A stretch of DNA of 64,000 nt from the human T2T-CHM13v2.0 reference genome, Homo sapiens, in the NCBI RefSeq assembly GCF_009914755.1, contig NC_060928.1, one strand, 5' to 3'. Of the stretch, positions 15,518 through 30,553 are shown piece by piece. Position 1 is the stretch's first letter, and every line of letters begins with the position of its first letter. A program made the translations under genes and the position numbers. The notes under the pieces were generated by a model that saw nothing but the letters and a program-made list of their open reading frames with translations, was not told the DNA's origin and ran no database searches.

Positions 15518-15550
<33 letters not shown>

Positions 15551-15730
15551 AAACCCAATACTTTGAGGGTGCAGAGGAGAAAAATAAAAGGAAACTGAAT
15601 TCTTTATAACCTTGAGTTGCTACACAAACATAGAACAGCTATTCCCAGACTTGATGTTATTTAGGTAATTAAATAGCTTTATTGCTTAAGGAATAGTTAA
15701 TCTGGATTCTGTTAATTGTGTTAGAATGCC
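15100..15730 (+). mobile_element. Old MaLR LTR (MLT1-like) interrupted by an Alu
   Basis: gtcattttgaggccatgaag...cagacttgatgttatttaggtaattaaat...ttctgttaattgtg, MLT1-type 3' motifs on both sides of the Alu. Confidence 0.55.
15233..15545 (+). mobile_element. AluY with the 12-bp left-arm deletion (AluYd-like) and an expanded central A tract
   Basis: gagatagataccacggcgaaacccc lacks the consensus atcctggctaac. ~23-A linker, ~28-A tail. TSD aagaggaaaa. Confidence 0.9.
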
Positions 15731-16594
15731 AGATGTTTCATTTAAATTTTTTCATGTACTAATCAATAATTTCAGTGCATATATAGCCCTAAAAAGTCAT
15801 CATTAATCAATACACTAATGACAAAGCCATAAGATTCCTTTGATTTTTCATATTTTCCCTTTCTATGTTAAACTTAATCTATGTGTGAATGTAATAGCCT
15901 ATTTTGCATGCAGCTTTAAATGGAATAATCTTTAGATCTTTAAAATGTTAAAGATAAGATAGCTCAACACAAATGAAAAAAGAAACAGTAAAAAAAAAAT
16001 CTCATTGTTATTTAATTGTAAGACTATATCAAAGGTCTGTAAGTAATGGTAAGGATCTGGGAACAATTTGAATGAAAATTTCCAGTTTGCCAGCTCTCAC
16101 AAATTGCTTTTCTTTTCACCAGGCCTTTCATAAGTATTATCTTATAGAGACATACTACAAAGCATAGGTTAGGCTAACACCTACATTTAATGGGATAAGG
16201 AAACTGAGAATCAGTCTTGTTGGAGGTCCTCCAGCCAATAACAAGGACATCTGGGATCTGATAGTCTGTGTTCCTTTCCAATGTGGGAACCTCTCTGCAT
16301 ATGAAAGACACTCCCTCTTAGTTGATTGTTTATTCCTGGGAATGTGTGGATATGTTGCTCTCTTATTCATGCCTCATGTATAAAAAACATTGCTTTGGGT
16401 CTTTTTCCTCTATTGGAGGTTAACAAGAAAACCAACGGGCTCAAATACATGCCGTCATCTCTGCAAGCAATAAAATCCTAATGGAGAATCACTGAAAGTC
16501 AGTATAGATCATGTTTATGAGCATTTATTCTGAAGCCAATTTCAAACTTTAACTCTTTCACTTACATTAAAATAATAATGACAACAACAATAAT

Positions 16595-16750
16595 AATAGT
16601 ACCTTGGGAAGTTACTAAATTTTTCTGTGGCTCAGTTTTTTTCTACAATAAAATGGAGACTGTAATAATACCTACTTCAAAGGGTTATTGTGAGTATTAG
16701 GTGAGATAGTAAAGTACTTAGCGTGTGCCTGGTGAATATTAAGTACCATG
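16595..16750 (+). mobile_element. MIR SINE
   Basis: accttgggaagttactaaat...ctcagtttt...taaaatggag..taataatacctacttcaaagggttattgtgag, the MIR core. Confidence 0.85.
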
Positions 16751-17859
16751 GAAATACCACTCATACTACTACTACTACTACCATTAGAAACAGTAATTGA
16801 GCTAGATGTTTTAGTGACTGTTAGCATCATAATGTTTCAAGGTTAGATGTGCAATATCTTTAGTAAGTGAAAGAAATGAGACCTAGAAGAGAAAATAAAC
16901 CCGTTTCTGTCCTTGAAGAATTTACAGACTAGAGGGTGAAAAGAGCACTTAAAATAACTTGATGTGTGTCACAAAAAAAATAAAAAAATAAGGACCACGC
17001 ACTACAAAAGCTCAGAGGAAGAAGTACAATGCAGGATAAAATATAAGGAAAAGAGGTAAGGCTTTCATTGAGCCTTAAAGAACGAATATTTTTATGAATG
17101 GAAAGAGAATATTTTTAAAAGTTAACTTATGGAAATATTTTACAGGAAGTGTCAGAAAGCAGTTCATGATGAACTGCCTTCAAATAAATTAGGATATACC
17201 TATTTGGAGGAAAAAAATATCAGCCAATTTTCAAAATAATTTCCGACTTTGAAAAATGTCTGCTCAACGATTTCCAAAAGTTTTGAACATTTTGTTTCAG
17301 CTTTTCAAAAGCTTTGCACTAAATTCAGTTATTTTGCTGTCTGGTTATAAAAGTTCACCAGAACTGAAAAAGATATGCAGATCAAAATAAAAAAAGTAAT
17401 ATAACATACTTTATTTGGAAAAATTGTAATTTTCAAGAAAATTTATTTATAAGTTTTCATGTATAAAATAACACATTTTATACAAGAAACATTTATATGA
17501 TTTTCATCAACAGAATCATATATTAATGATAAAAATATTTCCAAATGACTATCTTCAGGATAATACTTCCATGACCCAATTTTCAGTCAGAAAAGCCAGT
17601 ATGTTACTATTAATACCATCAACTTTGGCAAGGGAATAAATAACACACTGGATTTTACAAAATACCTGCTCGTATGCTCTTGAAATGGACTTTAAAGAAT
17701 CAGTAAATTTAGAACAATTGGTTTTTATAGAACAGAAGGGCAATATTTTTGACACTTACAAAATTTTGTTTTTGCCACAGACAACTTCTGAACTTCTTTG
17801 TCACAAGTGTTGAAATGGTTCTCCACATGTTATGCAAAGGATTACAAAGAGTCTGTCAT

Positions 17860-18745
17860 CCTTGACTGCCGTCTTCCTCCCATACTTCACATCCTCAGGA
17901 AATGCAATTGAATCTACCTTCTAAATGATGATCCCTTTGCAATATCTCTACTATCCCCATGAACACAGTCACCATTATCATTATCACATGGTGTCTAACT
18001 TCTTACCTTATACTCATCAGTCTTTCTCATAAATTTGTCTGAGTGATTTTTTTTTTCATTCTTTAAGCATCAGGCAAGTCATGACAGTAATCAGCTCCAA
18101 ACTGTCAGTTTTTGGAATAGACAAATTGTGTGTTGGGTTTTACAAAATACCGGCTAGGATACTCTTGAAATTTACAGCCTCTTCTAATTTCTTTTAGAGT
18201 GAAAGCCAAAAGTCATTATAATGACCACCTGGCCTTACCTGAACTGACACCTCCCCAGTCTTCTCTAGCCTTGTCGCCGACTACACTTTCCTTGATGTCT
18301 CTGATACAGAATCTCCTGGCCTCCTTTGCTGTTCATCCAATATGTCAGCCATGCTTCTGCCTTTTGGAGGGTCTTTCCTTGAAAAGTTCTTCCATAGAAT
18401 CCCAATGCCTGCTTCCTCAACATCTTTGCTCATAATTCACTTTCTCAGCACGGCCAGCTTGATCACCCTATTTAATAATCAAACCCTCCTTCCCTGTGTG
18501 CATACCTCTTCTCCTCAGCTTTCCCAAGCCCTCCTGTCCTTGCTCCGCAGTTTTACATTTTCCAAAAGCACTTACCTCCTTATATATGGCATAGTTTGTA
18601 TTTTAGTATATTTATTTCTTATTGTCTGCCTCATCTAATAGATTCTATGCTCCCAGAAGTTAAGCTTTTTGTGTTTGTTTAGGTCAATGAAATAAACCAT
18701 GCACTTAGAATAATACTTAGTGAAATAGTATTCTCAATTTATAAT
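17860..18745 (+). mobile_element. L2 LINE 3' part
   Basis: Pyrimidine-rich body (gtgaaagccaaaagtc, ctggcctcctttgctgttc) and an L2-type 3' end (tgtctgcctc...cttagaataatacttag..aatagtattctcaat). Confidence 0.7.
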
Positions 18746-19526
18746 TAATAAACTTCTTAGTCTACTTAATTGTAAAACGTAAGTTGCAAAATTTTGTAGC
18801 ATGGCAACTAATTATTATTATTAAGATCATGATCATTATTGTTATTATTTATTTTCTTAAAAAATTTCTCCTCTGATGTTGAAATTGAGATTATTATTTT
18901 ATTTAACAAAAATAATTGTACTCCTGCACCAGGCTTATACAACCTGGCTCTTTTAATGAGGTATTTTACAGACACCTTATTTGTACGAGACACAAATTTC
19001 AAAAATTTAATTTTCATAACAATCTTTTTGTTGAAGTATGCACTATTGTCATCTCTTTTATAGGGATAAAAGTAAACAGAAGACTAAGAGTACTATTGTT
19101 GATGCCTTCATATTGTAAAATTCCCACTTTCTTCTCAAGACACTAGAGTTCACTATATGTTACCTGACCATCCAATATACAGATAAATTCAGGCCTTCAA
19201 TATTGGTCCTTATAGTAGCTTTTTATTAAATAAAATAAGATTTTTTTAAGATTAAAAAATTGTGAACAGATGTCATAGGATTCTCTTCCCGTAACTAGTC
19301 ACCTGTAAGTTCTTTGGGTTTCATGTGCTCCACTTTGGAGACCATTGGTGTGCACATTTTTTGTTTATGCAGTCACCACTTAATTTAGGAAAAATGACAT
19401 GAAGTAAATGCATTATTCAGGAATATATAATTACAAAAAAGCATTAGTTATGTGCTCATATTTTATTTCAAAATTAACCTATATAATGCTCATTTATTGC
19501 TTACTGTAATTTACATTAAAAAAATA

Positions 19527-19633
19527 AAGATGGGATCTTCCTAGTTGCCCAGGCTGGCCTCCAACTCTGGTCACAAGCAATCCTCCCACCTCAGTTTCCC
19601 AAGCAGCTACAGACAAGTGCCACCACAACCGGC
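19527..19633 (-). mobile_element. Alu monomer (FLAM/AluJ fragment)
   Basis: gttgcccaggctggcctccaactc...caagcaatcctcccacctcag. Confidence 0.8.
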
Positions 19634-21759
19634 AGTATAATTTACACTTGACTACCCAAATTTATTTTGCTAGAAAAGTTGTTTTCAAACTGTCTTGAGA
19701 AGCCTATGGAAATGAGACTTACTTGTAGCTGGCAATTTGAACCCCCATCATAATAGAACAAAGGGGATCAGTTTGCATCTATTGAATTATTCTGTAAGAT
19801 TTTATTTAAGTGATAGCTTCCAATTATATATTGGAAATTTCTCTCCTACATAATAATCATTAAAAGAAAAGTTGTTCACACTGTAGCCTTTGCTTAGCCT
19901 GGTGATATTGAGATTATTAATTTACAATCCCTCTTCTGCAGTTTTATTGAATTATTAAACACTTTCAAAAAAGTTTCGAATAATAATTTTAAAATTGTAC
20001 TCAATTAATAGTAGTGATTTATACATTGAAGTTCTAGAATCTACATTTCTTAGTTTCTCAGACAAGCACTGTTTTCAGTGTTATATTGTCATGATGAATG
20101 AACTTTTTACCCTATTGCTTTGTATGTTAACATAAAATATATAGTGAAATAATAAAAAAGTGATTTGTTGTAGCTTTATACACATATTGATAAAAGCAAT
20201 TTTTCTTTAACATTTTAAAACATTGTTGAAGGATACTCAATTTACTTACATTATGAGATTTTTTATTTCTTTTGTTGCTATCTAAACTCCCTCACAATCC
20301 CAACATACACAGTATTAAAAAATTCATCAATATTTCTTGAGGGGGTGCATATACAACAAAGTTAAAACACATGATACCCTAGTCATGGACAAGTTGTATC
20401 AACTTCTAAATTTGAAATACTGATAATAGCAGCAAAGATACACAGAACTTGCGGTTTGGTCTTGACATGAAGGAACAGTGAAGCACAGCTTGTTTATCAG
20501 TCTGACAAGGAAAGTACCAGCTGGCTAATTAAGTGAACCTAATTTAAAATAATGATGCAGTTCTCAAGATAATACGCTAATGGCTGGAGGAGACTGCTGA
20601 TAATACTTAAGAGTACTCCCGGGGTGTTACAATAAGCCCCTTCTGCATCCAAGCAGAACTTGATCGTACTCCATAGACCATAAAATGAGGTCAGTTGTTT
20701 ACCAGCTAATCTTTTATACTACACAACATCACCTGTATGACATTCTTACAAAAACTTTGATGGTGAGAAAAGCAATAATTGAAACAATTTGACATTTAAA
20801 GGAACACCAAGTTTATAGATTCCATTAAAAAAATGTGACCTTTACTTTTTAGCTGCAGATAAAAATGATACTGATGTATTTGCTGAAAACAAATACACCA
20901 ATGATCTCCTAATGCTAATAATTTATTATAGTTTTTAAAATATTATATTGTCATAAAATATTTCTCATTTTAATAATAATATGAAATATTCAGTTTAAAT
21001 TTTAAAAAATGTTTAGTTCCAAAATACACATTTAATACCAGTCCACACAGTCAAATACATGCAAAAATCAGAAATATCAGTTCATGGATGAGGACAGCAT
21101 GAAATACTAGGGGATCAGTTGGACTGGACTGAAAAAGAAAACTTCAAAGTTTACATTTCAATAACTGTAACATTATTTTCTTTATTGTTATTTTTTTCAA
21201 GAAGGCATTTTGATTTTTGGACTTCACTGCCTCATTTCTATATCCATACTATGTATAATGTATACCACTTTTTATAATGTTTGGGAAATAATTAACTAAA
21301 TTTTGATTACAATTAGTATTCTTAGTTGCCTCTGTATAATATACTCAGATTAGAAAAAATAGGTAAATAAAAGCACATCATACAGTAAGGAAGTAAAACA
21401 TCATTTGGATACAAAAAAGTCTAACTTTGAATCTAGGCTTAGTTGACAAAAGTGGTCAAATTGAGAATTGATGCTTTACTTTTTACAAAATTAACTTTGT
21501 ACTTTGCAGTTCACTATAAATGTAAATGTGTGATGTCTTTATACACTTAGGTTACTAGAATGATCAATTTATAAAACAGAAGTCAATATCTTTGTCTGTA
21601 AAACTGACCATTTTACATGTTGTTTTAAATTCGGGAAAAACCTCAAGAGGATTTAAAATTCTAAAAGATGAATGATTTTCAAGTATAAAAATGGAGTCAT
21701 TAGCTTATTCATAATTCAACTTTAAGCATGTACTCTGAGGACTAAAATTCACATACTCC

Positions 21760-21895
21760 TAAGGTAATGTTAAGACAAATATAAGGGTGTGTTATTTCAC
21801 CCAGCAGGTAAGAGAGTTATGGAACTCATTATCTAAAGAGGCGCACAGGCTGAAATTATACGTGGCTGCAAAAAAGAGAGCTTAGGTAAATTCAA
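21760..21895 (+). mobile_element. CR1/L3-like ancient LINE 3' fragment
   Basis: acaaatataagg..tatttcacccagcaggta..ttatggaactcatt...caggctgaaa...ttaggtaaattca resembles the CR1 ORF2 end. Confidence 0.55.
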
Positions 21896-23693
21896 AAATA
21901 GCAAAACTTACATTTTTTAAAAGATAAATGTATGTATTTTGGTAGCATATATATAAAGCTTGAGGTAGTTATCTACAGTCAACAACATGCCTCAAAAGTA
22001 GTTTATCTCTCAGAAAGAATACTACACAGATGTACCAGTATGGAAATTTTCATTCCATATACTCAGGAGATCACTAAATTTCTATAGAATAGTTTGTCCA
22101 GAATGGCCCACATAATTCAGTTTTTATTTCACTCTCCTTCTTTCTAGCAAGGTATTTAATAGCTCTCATAATTGAAAACCCTTTTTTATAATTGACAGGT
22201 ACTAATCAACCCCATCATACAGTTCTCCAGAGCTGAGTGAGCGACCCCCACTACATACTACTGCCTCTGTGTTTTGCTTCAAGGATTAAGTGCCTACATT
22301 TTTTTTTTTTTTTTACAATAGGAACATATTTGATATGTTGCTTTTGGTTCTGTTTTCCTAATGGAGGGCAGCTATAGAAAGTGAGGCAATAAGGCTGATA
22401 AAGGGTGGCATGGGACAGAATGTATCAAGAGAAGGTTAGGATTTGTCTTTGATAGTAGGATATCTGAGAATACACAGTGACTATTAGAAAAACCTGAATT
22501 ATAGCAGCAGGTCTACACTGGCTTTTTAGATTGCTGCCCGCAAGCATATTCCTCAGGTTAGTTGAGAATGTACTGTTATTCCCAGAGCATGTGGAAAGAA
22601 AAAATGGGAAATCAACTGCTTAGTTAATGAAGATACACATTTTTAGATTAACAAGATTATTGTTTTTTGTTTCAGTATTCCTAAGTCAGTTCATTTGGTC
22701 AGTCATAAAATCATTTTTTCTTGATTTCTTCTTGTGTTTCATGTCATTAACTTATATTTTCTCTTTAATTTGGCCCCTCATATTCTTCTTAAATTTTACT
22801 AGCATGATTTTAACTTAATATTTTCTTAGTTGCTTTTATTATCTGTAAGACTGTGTGTATACCTTTTCTTTCATTCAATTCTGATAGTATTAATTGTGAC
22901 TTTTGTTCTTGTTCTTTGCCAAAATTTCCAGATTTATCTATTTCATTAGTATTTTTTTCATTTTTTAAAACTTTGGTCGATAAATTTGACATGAAATTTA
23001 CCATCTTAACCATTTTTAAGTGTGCTGAAATATGTTCATAATTCTGTGTAATCATCATCCCTATGAATCTCCATAATTCTTTTTACCTTGTAAAATGGAA
23101 CCATTATAGTCATTAAACAACAATTCCTCAATTCTGCCTCTTCCTAGCCCTGGAAACTACTATTCTACTTTCAGTCTCTATTATTTTCATTACTCTAATT
23201 ACCTCATATAAATGGAATCAGACAGTTTTTGTCTTATTATGACTGGCTTATTTCACTTATCATAATGTCCTCAGATTACACCCATGTTGTAGCATATTTC
23301 AGAATTTCTTTCCCTTGTAAGGCTGTATAATATTCCATTGCATTTATAAAGCATATTTTATCTATTCATCTGTCAACAGACACTTGAGTTACTTCCACAT
23401 GATAATTCTACTTTTAATTTTTTAAATAACCACCAGTCTCTCAAAGCAGTTCCACCATTTTATATTCCCAACAATAACGCACAAGGGTTTCAATCTCTCC
23501 AACCCCGTGCCAAAACTTATTTTTTGTTTGATAGTAGCCATCCTAATGGGTATGAGGTGACATCTCATTGAGTTTTGACTTACATTTCCCTAATGATTAC
23601 TTATATTGGTCATCTTTTTATATGCATATTGGCTATATGTATAACGTCTTTGAAAAATGTCTATTGAAGTTCTTTGCCCACTTTATTTATCTA

Positions 23694-23970
23694 TTTTTTT
23701 TTTTTTTGAAGCGGAGTCTCCCTCTGTTGCCCAGGCTGGAGTGCAGTGGTGCCATCTCGGCTCACTGGAAGCTCCGCCTCCCGGGTTCACGCCATTCTCC
23801 TGCCTCAGCCTCCTGAGTGGCTGGGACTACAGGCGCCCACCACCACGCCCGGCTACTTTTTGTTTGTTTGATTTTAGTAGAGACGGAGTTTCACCGTGTT
23901 AGCCAGGATGGTCTCAATCTCCTGACTTTGTGATCCACCCGCCTCAGCCTCCCAAAGTGCTGGGATTACA
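23694..23970 (-). mobile_element. AluY-like inside L1
   Basis: Reverse Alu with AluY diagnostics (aagctccgcctcccgggttcacgccattctcc). Slightly 5'-truncated. Confidence 0.93.
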
Positions 23971-26013
23971 TTTGCCACTTTTGAATCCAGTTTTGGTGAT
24001 TTTTGTGGTTGAGTTTTAGGAGTTCTCTATATACATTGGATAGTAATCCCTTAACAGATATATGATTTGCATATATCTTCTTCTATTATGTGGGTTGTCC
24101 TTTTACTTTTCACTCTGTTAATATTATCTTTGAATGAATAATTTTTAAAAAAAATTATTAAGTCCAATTTATGTAATTTTTCTTTGATTGCTTGTGCCTT
24201 TGTTGTCACATCTTAGATATCCTTGCCAAATCCAATAGCATAAAGTTTTTGCTCTTTCGTCTAACAGTTTAAATTTTGCACCTGAAATTTAGGTCTTTTA
24301 TTAATTTTGTGTTCGTTTTTATTTATGGTGTTATGTAAGGTTCCAACTTCATTCTTTTGCATGTGGACATCCAGTTTTCCCAGCATCACTTGTAGAAAGA
24401 CTGCCATTGCCCCACTGAATGGTCTTGGCACCCTTATAAAAAAAAATTGACTATATATGTTTATTTATGAACTTTCTATTCCATTCTATTATTCTGTATA
24501 CCTGTCTTTATGCTAGTACTACACAGTTTTTGATTATTGTAGCCTTTGCAGTAAGTTTTGACACAAGAAAATGAGAGTACTCCAGCTTTGTTCTTCTTTT
24601 GCAAGAATATATTTGCTATTTAGGGTCCCTTAAGATTCCATATGAATTTTAAGATGAGCTTCTCTATTTCTGCAAAAAAAAAAAAGTCTTAGGGATTTTG
24701 ATAAGAATTTCACTGAATCTCTAGATTGCTTTGAGTACTACTGACATCTTAACAATATTGAGTCTTTCAATTCATGAACATAGGTTGTTTTCCCATTTAT
24801 ATATCTCCTTTAATTTCTTTCAGCAATATTTTGTAATTTCCCTTGTATGTCTTTCACCTTCTTTGTTAATCTCTACGTATTTTACTCTTTATTATGCTAT
24901 GACAAGTTGAACTGTTTCCATAATTCTATTTGCAATTTGTTTATTATTAGTGTATAGAAATGCAACAGATTTATGCATGTTCCTTTCTATCCTGATACTT
25001 TATTGAATTCATTCATTAGTTCTAATAGTGTTTTGCATAATTTTTAGGGTTTTCTACATGTAAGATCATGCCATCTGCAAATAATTTTGCTTATTCCTTT
25101 TTAACTTGGAAGGCTTTTATTCATCTTTCTAGCCTAATTGTTCTGGCTAGAAGCCAATACAATGTTAAGTAGAAGTGGCAAAAGTGGGCATCCTTGTCTT
25201 TTTCCTGAACTTACAGGAGAAGCTCAATCTCTCATTGTTGAATTTTTTCCCACATGGGTTTTATATGTTGCCATAGTTTCTTCCCATTCCTAGTTTTTTG
25301 AGTATTTTTATTATGAAAGAGTGTTAAATTTTATCACATGCTTTTTTCGATCAATTGAGATGGTCATGTAATTTTTCTCTTTCATTTTGTTAAGTCTGTT
25401 TATTACAATGATCTGTTTTTATATGTTGAATCATCCTTGCATTCCAGGAATAAATCCTACTTGGTCATGGGTATGATGTAGTTATGTGCTGCTGAACTTG
25501 GTTCGCTAATATTTAGTTGTGTATTTTTACATCAGTGTTCATAAGGCATCTTGAGCTGTGGGTGTGTTTTCTTGTAGTGTTTTTGTCTGGCTTTAGTATC
25601 ACAGCAATGCTTGCTTCATAGAATGGGTTAGGCAGAATTTACTTCCTTTAATATTTTTAGTAAGGTTTGAGAAATATTGGTGTTAGTTCTCTTTGAATGT
25701 TTGGTAAAATTCAGCAGTGACATCATCAGATTTACTGCTTTTCTTTGAGCTATTTTTGATTACTGATTCAATTTTCCTAGCATTTGTAAGTAAATTTATT
25801 TTTTTCTATTTTAATTTAGTCTTGCTGCATTTTGTGTTTCCATAAATTTGTCCATTTTATGTAGGTTATCCAATTTGACAACATACAATTGTTCATGGTA
25901 CTCTCTTATAATCCTTTGCATTATCTATAGAATTGGTATAATAGTAATGGCCCCGCATTCATTTTAGATTTTATTAATTAAAATCTCTTTCTCTTATCCC
26001 ATCTAGCTAATAG

Positions 26014-26330
<317 letters not shown>

Positions 26331-26783
26331 ATTTTCTTGATCTTTTTAAAGAACTAACTTTTGGTTTCAATAGTTTTCTCTATTCTCTATTTTATCTTTT
26401 GTCTAATTTTTATCAGTTCCTTCTTTCTGCTAGCTCTGACTTTAGCTCTTTTTCTTTTTCTTTCCGTTTTTTTAAGTTGTAAAGATAGGTTGTTGATTTG
26501 AGATATTTCTTGATTTTTTTAAATGTAAGTATTTATCATTCTAAATTCCACTCCCCTGGCATCCTTCAGCACTGGTTTTGCCATGTCCCATAAGTTTTGG
26601 TCTGTTGTGCTTTTATTTTCATTTGCCTCTAAGTATTTTCTAATTTTCCTCATGATTTTTTTAATCGATTGTTTAAGGTTGTTTTAATTTCCACAATTTA
26701 AAAAAAATTCCAATTTTACTTCTATTATGGATTTCTACTTCCACACCATTATGCTGAGATAAGACAATTTTTATTATATGTAA

Positions 26784-27075
<292 letters not shown>

Positions 27076-27477
27076 GTGTCTAACTTTTAAAATCTATTGA
27101 GACTTAATTTCTGGCCTAACATATCATTTATCCTGGAAAATGTTCCATGAGCTCTTGAAAGAGAAAGATATATATGCTATTGTCATTGGATAGGGTATTC
27201 TGTATTTGTCTGTTAGATCTGTTGGTTTATTGTGATAAGTCCTCTACTCCCTTTATTATCTTCTGTCTGGTATTTCTATCAATTATTGACAGTGAGGAAT
27301 TGATGCTTTCAGTTATCATTGTAGAACTCCCTATTTCTCAATTCTGTCAGCTTTTGCTTCATATGTTTTGATGATTTAGTATTAACTATATGAATGTTTA
27401 TAATTTTTAAATCTGCTTGCTGTATTGCTGTATTGATTTTTTTATTAATAAATTATCTCCCTCTTTGTCTCTTGTAA

Positions 27478-27785
27478 TTTTTTTTTTTTTTTTTTCTGGG
27501 ACAGAGTCCCACTCTGTCTCCCAGGCTGGAGTGCAGTGGCACAACCAAAGGTCACTGCAGCTTTGACTTCCAGGCTCAAGTGATGCTCCCACATCACTCA
27601 GCTTCCCAAGTATGTGGGACTACAGGTGCGTGTCACCACACCCAGCAAATTAAAAAATGTGTATATAGAGAGACACCATCTCACTATGTTGTCCAGGTAG
27701 GTCTTGAACTCCTGGGGCCACACACTGCCCCTGTCCTGGCCTCTCAAAGTGCTGGTTTTAGAAGTGTGAGCCACCACACCAGGCC
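27478..27785 (-). mobile_element. AluJ-like inside L1
   Basis: Diverged reverse Alu dimer. Confidence 0.9.
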
Positions 27786-28598
27786 CTTGTGACTTTTTAA
27801 GTCTATGGAGACATATATTAGTATAGTTACCTCTCCGTTTTGGTTACTCAGTGCATGGACTATCCTTTTCAATCCCTTATCTTTCAGACTTTTAGTGTGA
27901 TTTTACCTAAAGTGAGCCTCTTGTAGATAGCATATAGTTTGATCCTGTTTTTAATCCATTCTGTCAATCTCTTTTGATTAAATAATGTAAGCCATTTATA
28001 TTTAAAGTACTTAGTGATAAGAAGGCACTTCCTTTTGTTATTTTGCTACATGTCTTCTATATGCCTTACAGATTTCCCCTCTCATTTCCTGCATTATTGT
28101 CTTCATTCATGTTTAGTTATTTTTTTGTAATGAAATGTTTAAATTTCTCATTTTCTTTTGTCTATATTCTGCAGCTATTTTCTTTGTGGTTAGCATGGGG
28201 ATTACACTTAATATCCTAAAGTTATAGCAGTTCTATAATACCTAAACTTCAATAACATAGAAAACTCTGCTCCTTTAATAGCTCCATTCTGATCTCTTTC
28301 GGTTATGTCACAAATTACATTTTTGTACACCACGTGCCAAAAAAATAAACAAATAATTATTTTAAATGCATTATTTTCTTAAATTATGTAGAAAACAAAA
28401 AGGGTTTTTGCAAATCAAAGTTACAATAATAATAACTTTTAGACTAATAATATTTATGCATTACTCTCATATCAGGTAAGAAACAAAAAGTGAAGTTACC
28501 AAATTTTATTATAATCATATTAGATTTTGTGATTGTCCATGTATTTGCTTTTATAAAGATCTGTATTTCTTCACATGACTTCAAGTTATTGTGTAGTG

Positions 28599-28899
<301 letters not shown>

Positions 28900-29814
28900 T
28901 GTGTAGTGTTTTGGTTTATTCATATGTTTGTTTCATTTACTTTGCTGGGCTACCTTGAACATTTCTTACAGGACAAGTCTAATTATGGCAAGCAAACTCA
29001 GCTATTGTGTATCTGGGAATGTCTTAATTTCTACTTCGCTTTTGAAGGACAATTTTTGTGGGATATAGGATCCTTGATTGGCTTTTTTTTTTTTTTTTGT
29101 CTTGTAGTATGCCGAACGTATGGATCCACTGCCTTCTGGCCTCCATAGTTTCTAGTAATAAATCTGATAGCAATCTTATTGAGGATACACAGTATGTGTA
29201 GAGTTGTTTCCCTCTTGCTGCTTTCATAATTCTTTCTTTGGCTTTGGCTTTTGAAAGTATAATTCCAACATGTCTTGATGTTGGTCACTTTTGTTTATCT
29301 TAGTTGGACTTTGTTGATCTTCATGGATGCTTATATTCTTATTTTTCTTCAAATTTGGAAAGTTTTTAGCCATTATTTCTCCAAATATTCTGTTGGCCAT
29401 TTCTCTCTCTCTTCTCCTTCTGGGACTGCCGCAGTGCATATGTTGGTACACTTGACTGAGTCTCACAGGTCCCTTAGACTTGGTTCACTCCTCTTCAGTT
29501 GTTTTTCTTTCCAGTCCTCAGACTCAATAATTCAATTGTCCTATCTTCAAGTTAGTGGATTTTTCTGTCTGCTGAAATCTGCTTTGGAATACCTCCAGTA
29601 CATTTTTCATTTCAATTATTGTACTTTTCATCCTTCAAATTTTTAAATATTTTTTATTCTTTACTAATATTTCCATTTTGTTTTTACATTATTTCCTCAA
29701 CTCCTTTTTATCTTTAGTACTTTGAGCATCTTTAAGATAGTTATTTTAATGTTTTTATCTAGTAAATTTGCCTCAGGTCTTGTTCAGGAATACATTCTGT
29801 TGATTCTGTTTTCC

Positions 29815-30087
29815 TTTTTTTTGAGAGGGAGTCTCACTCTGTTGCCCAGGCTGGAGTGCAGTGGCGCAATCTCAGCTCACTGCAAGCTCCGCTTCCTGGG
29901 TTCACACCATTCTCCTACCTCAGCCTCCCGACTAGATGAGACTACAGTTGCCCACCACCACGCCCAGCTAATTTTTATTTTGTATTTTTAGTAGAGACGG
30001 GGTTCCACCGTGTTAGCGAGGATGGTCTTGATCTCCTGACCTCGTGATCCGCCCGCCTGGGCCTCCCAAAATGCTGGGATTACAGGT
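29815..30087 (-). mobile_element. AluY-like inside L1
   Basis: Reverse Alu, 5'-truncated. TSD tgattctgttttc. Confidence 0.92.
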
Positions 30088-30229
30088 GATTCTGTTTTCT
30101 TTAAATGACCATACTTTCCTGTTTCTTTGTACACCTTGTGACTTTTTTTTTTTTGAAGACTTAAGCATTCAAATCTAATAATTGTGATAATTCTAGAGAT
30201 CAGATTCTTCTCCTTCTTCAAGTTTGCTG

Positions 30230-30553
<324 letters not shown>

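Noticed and set aside
29024-29466. ORFs resembling L1 ORF1p
   Set aside because: Frameshifted fossils of the decayed L1, not a functional CDS.
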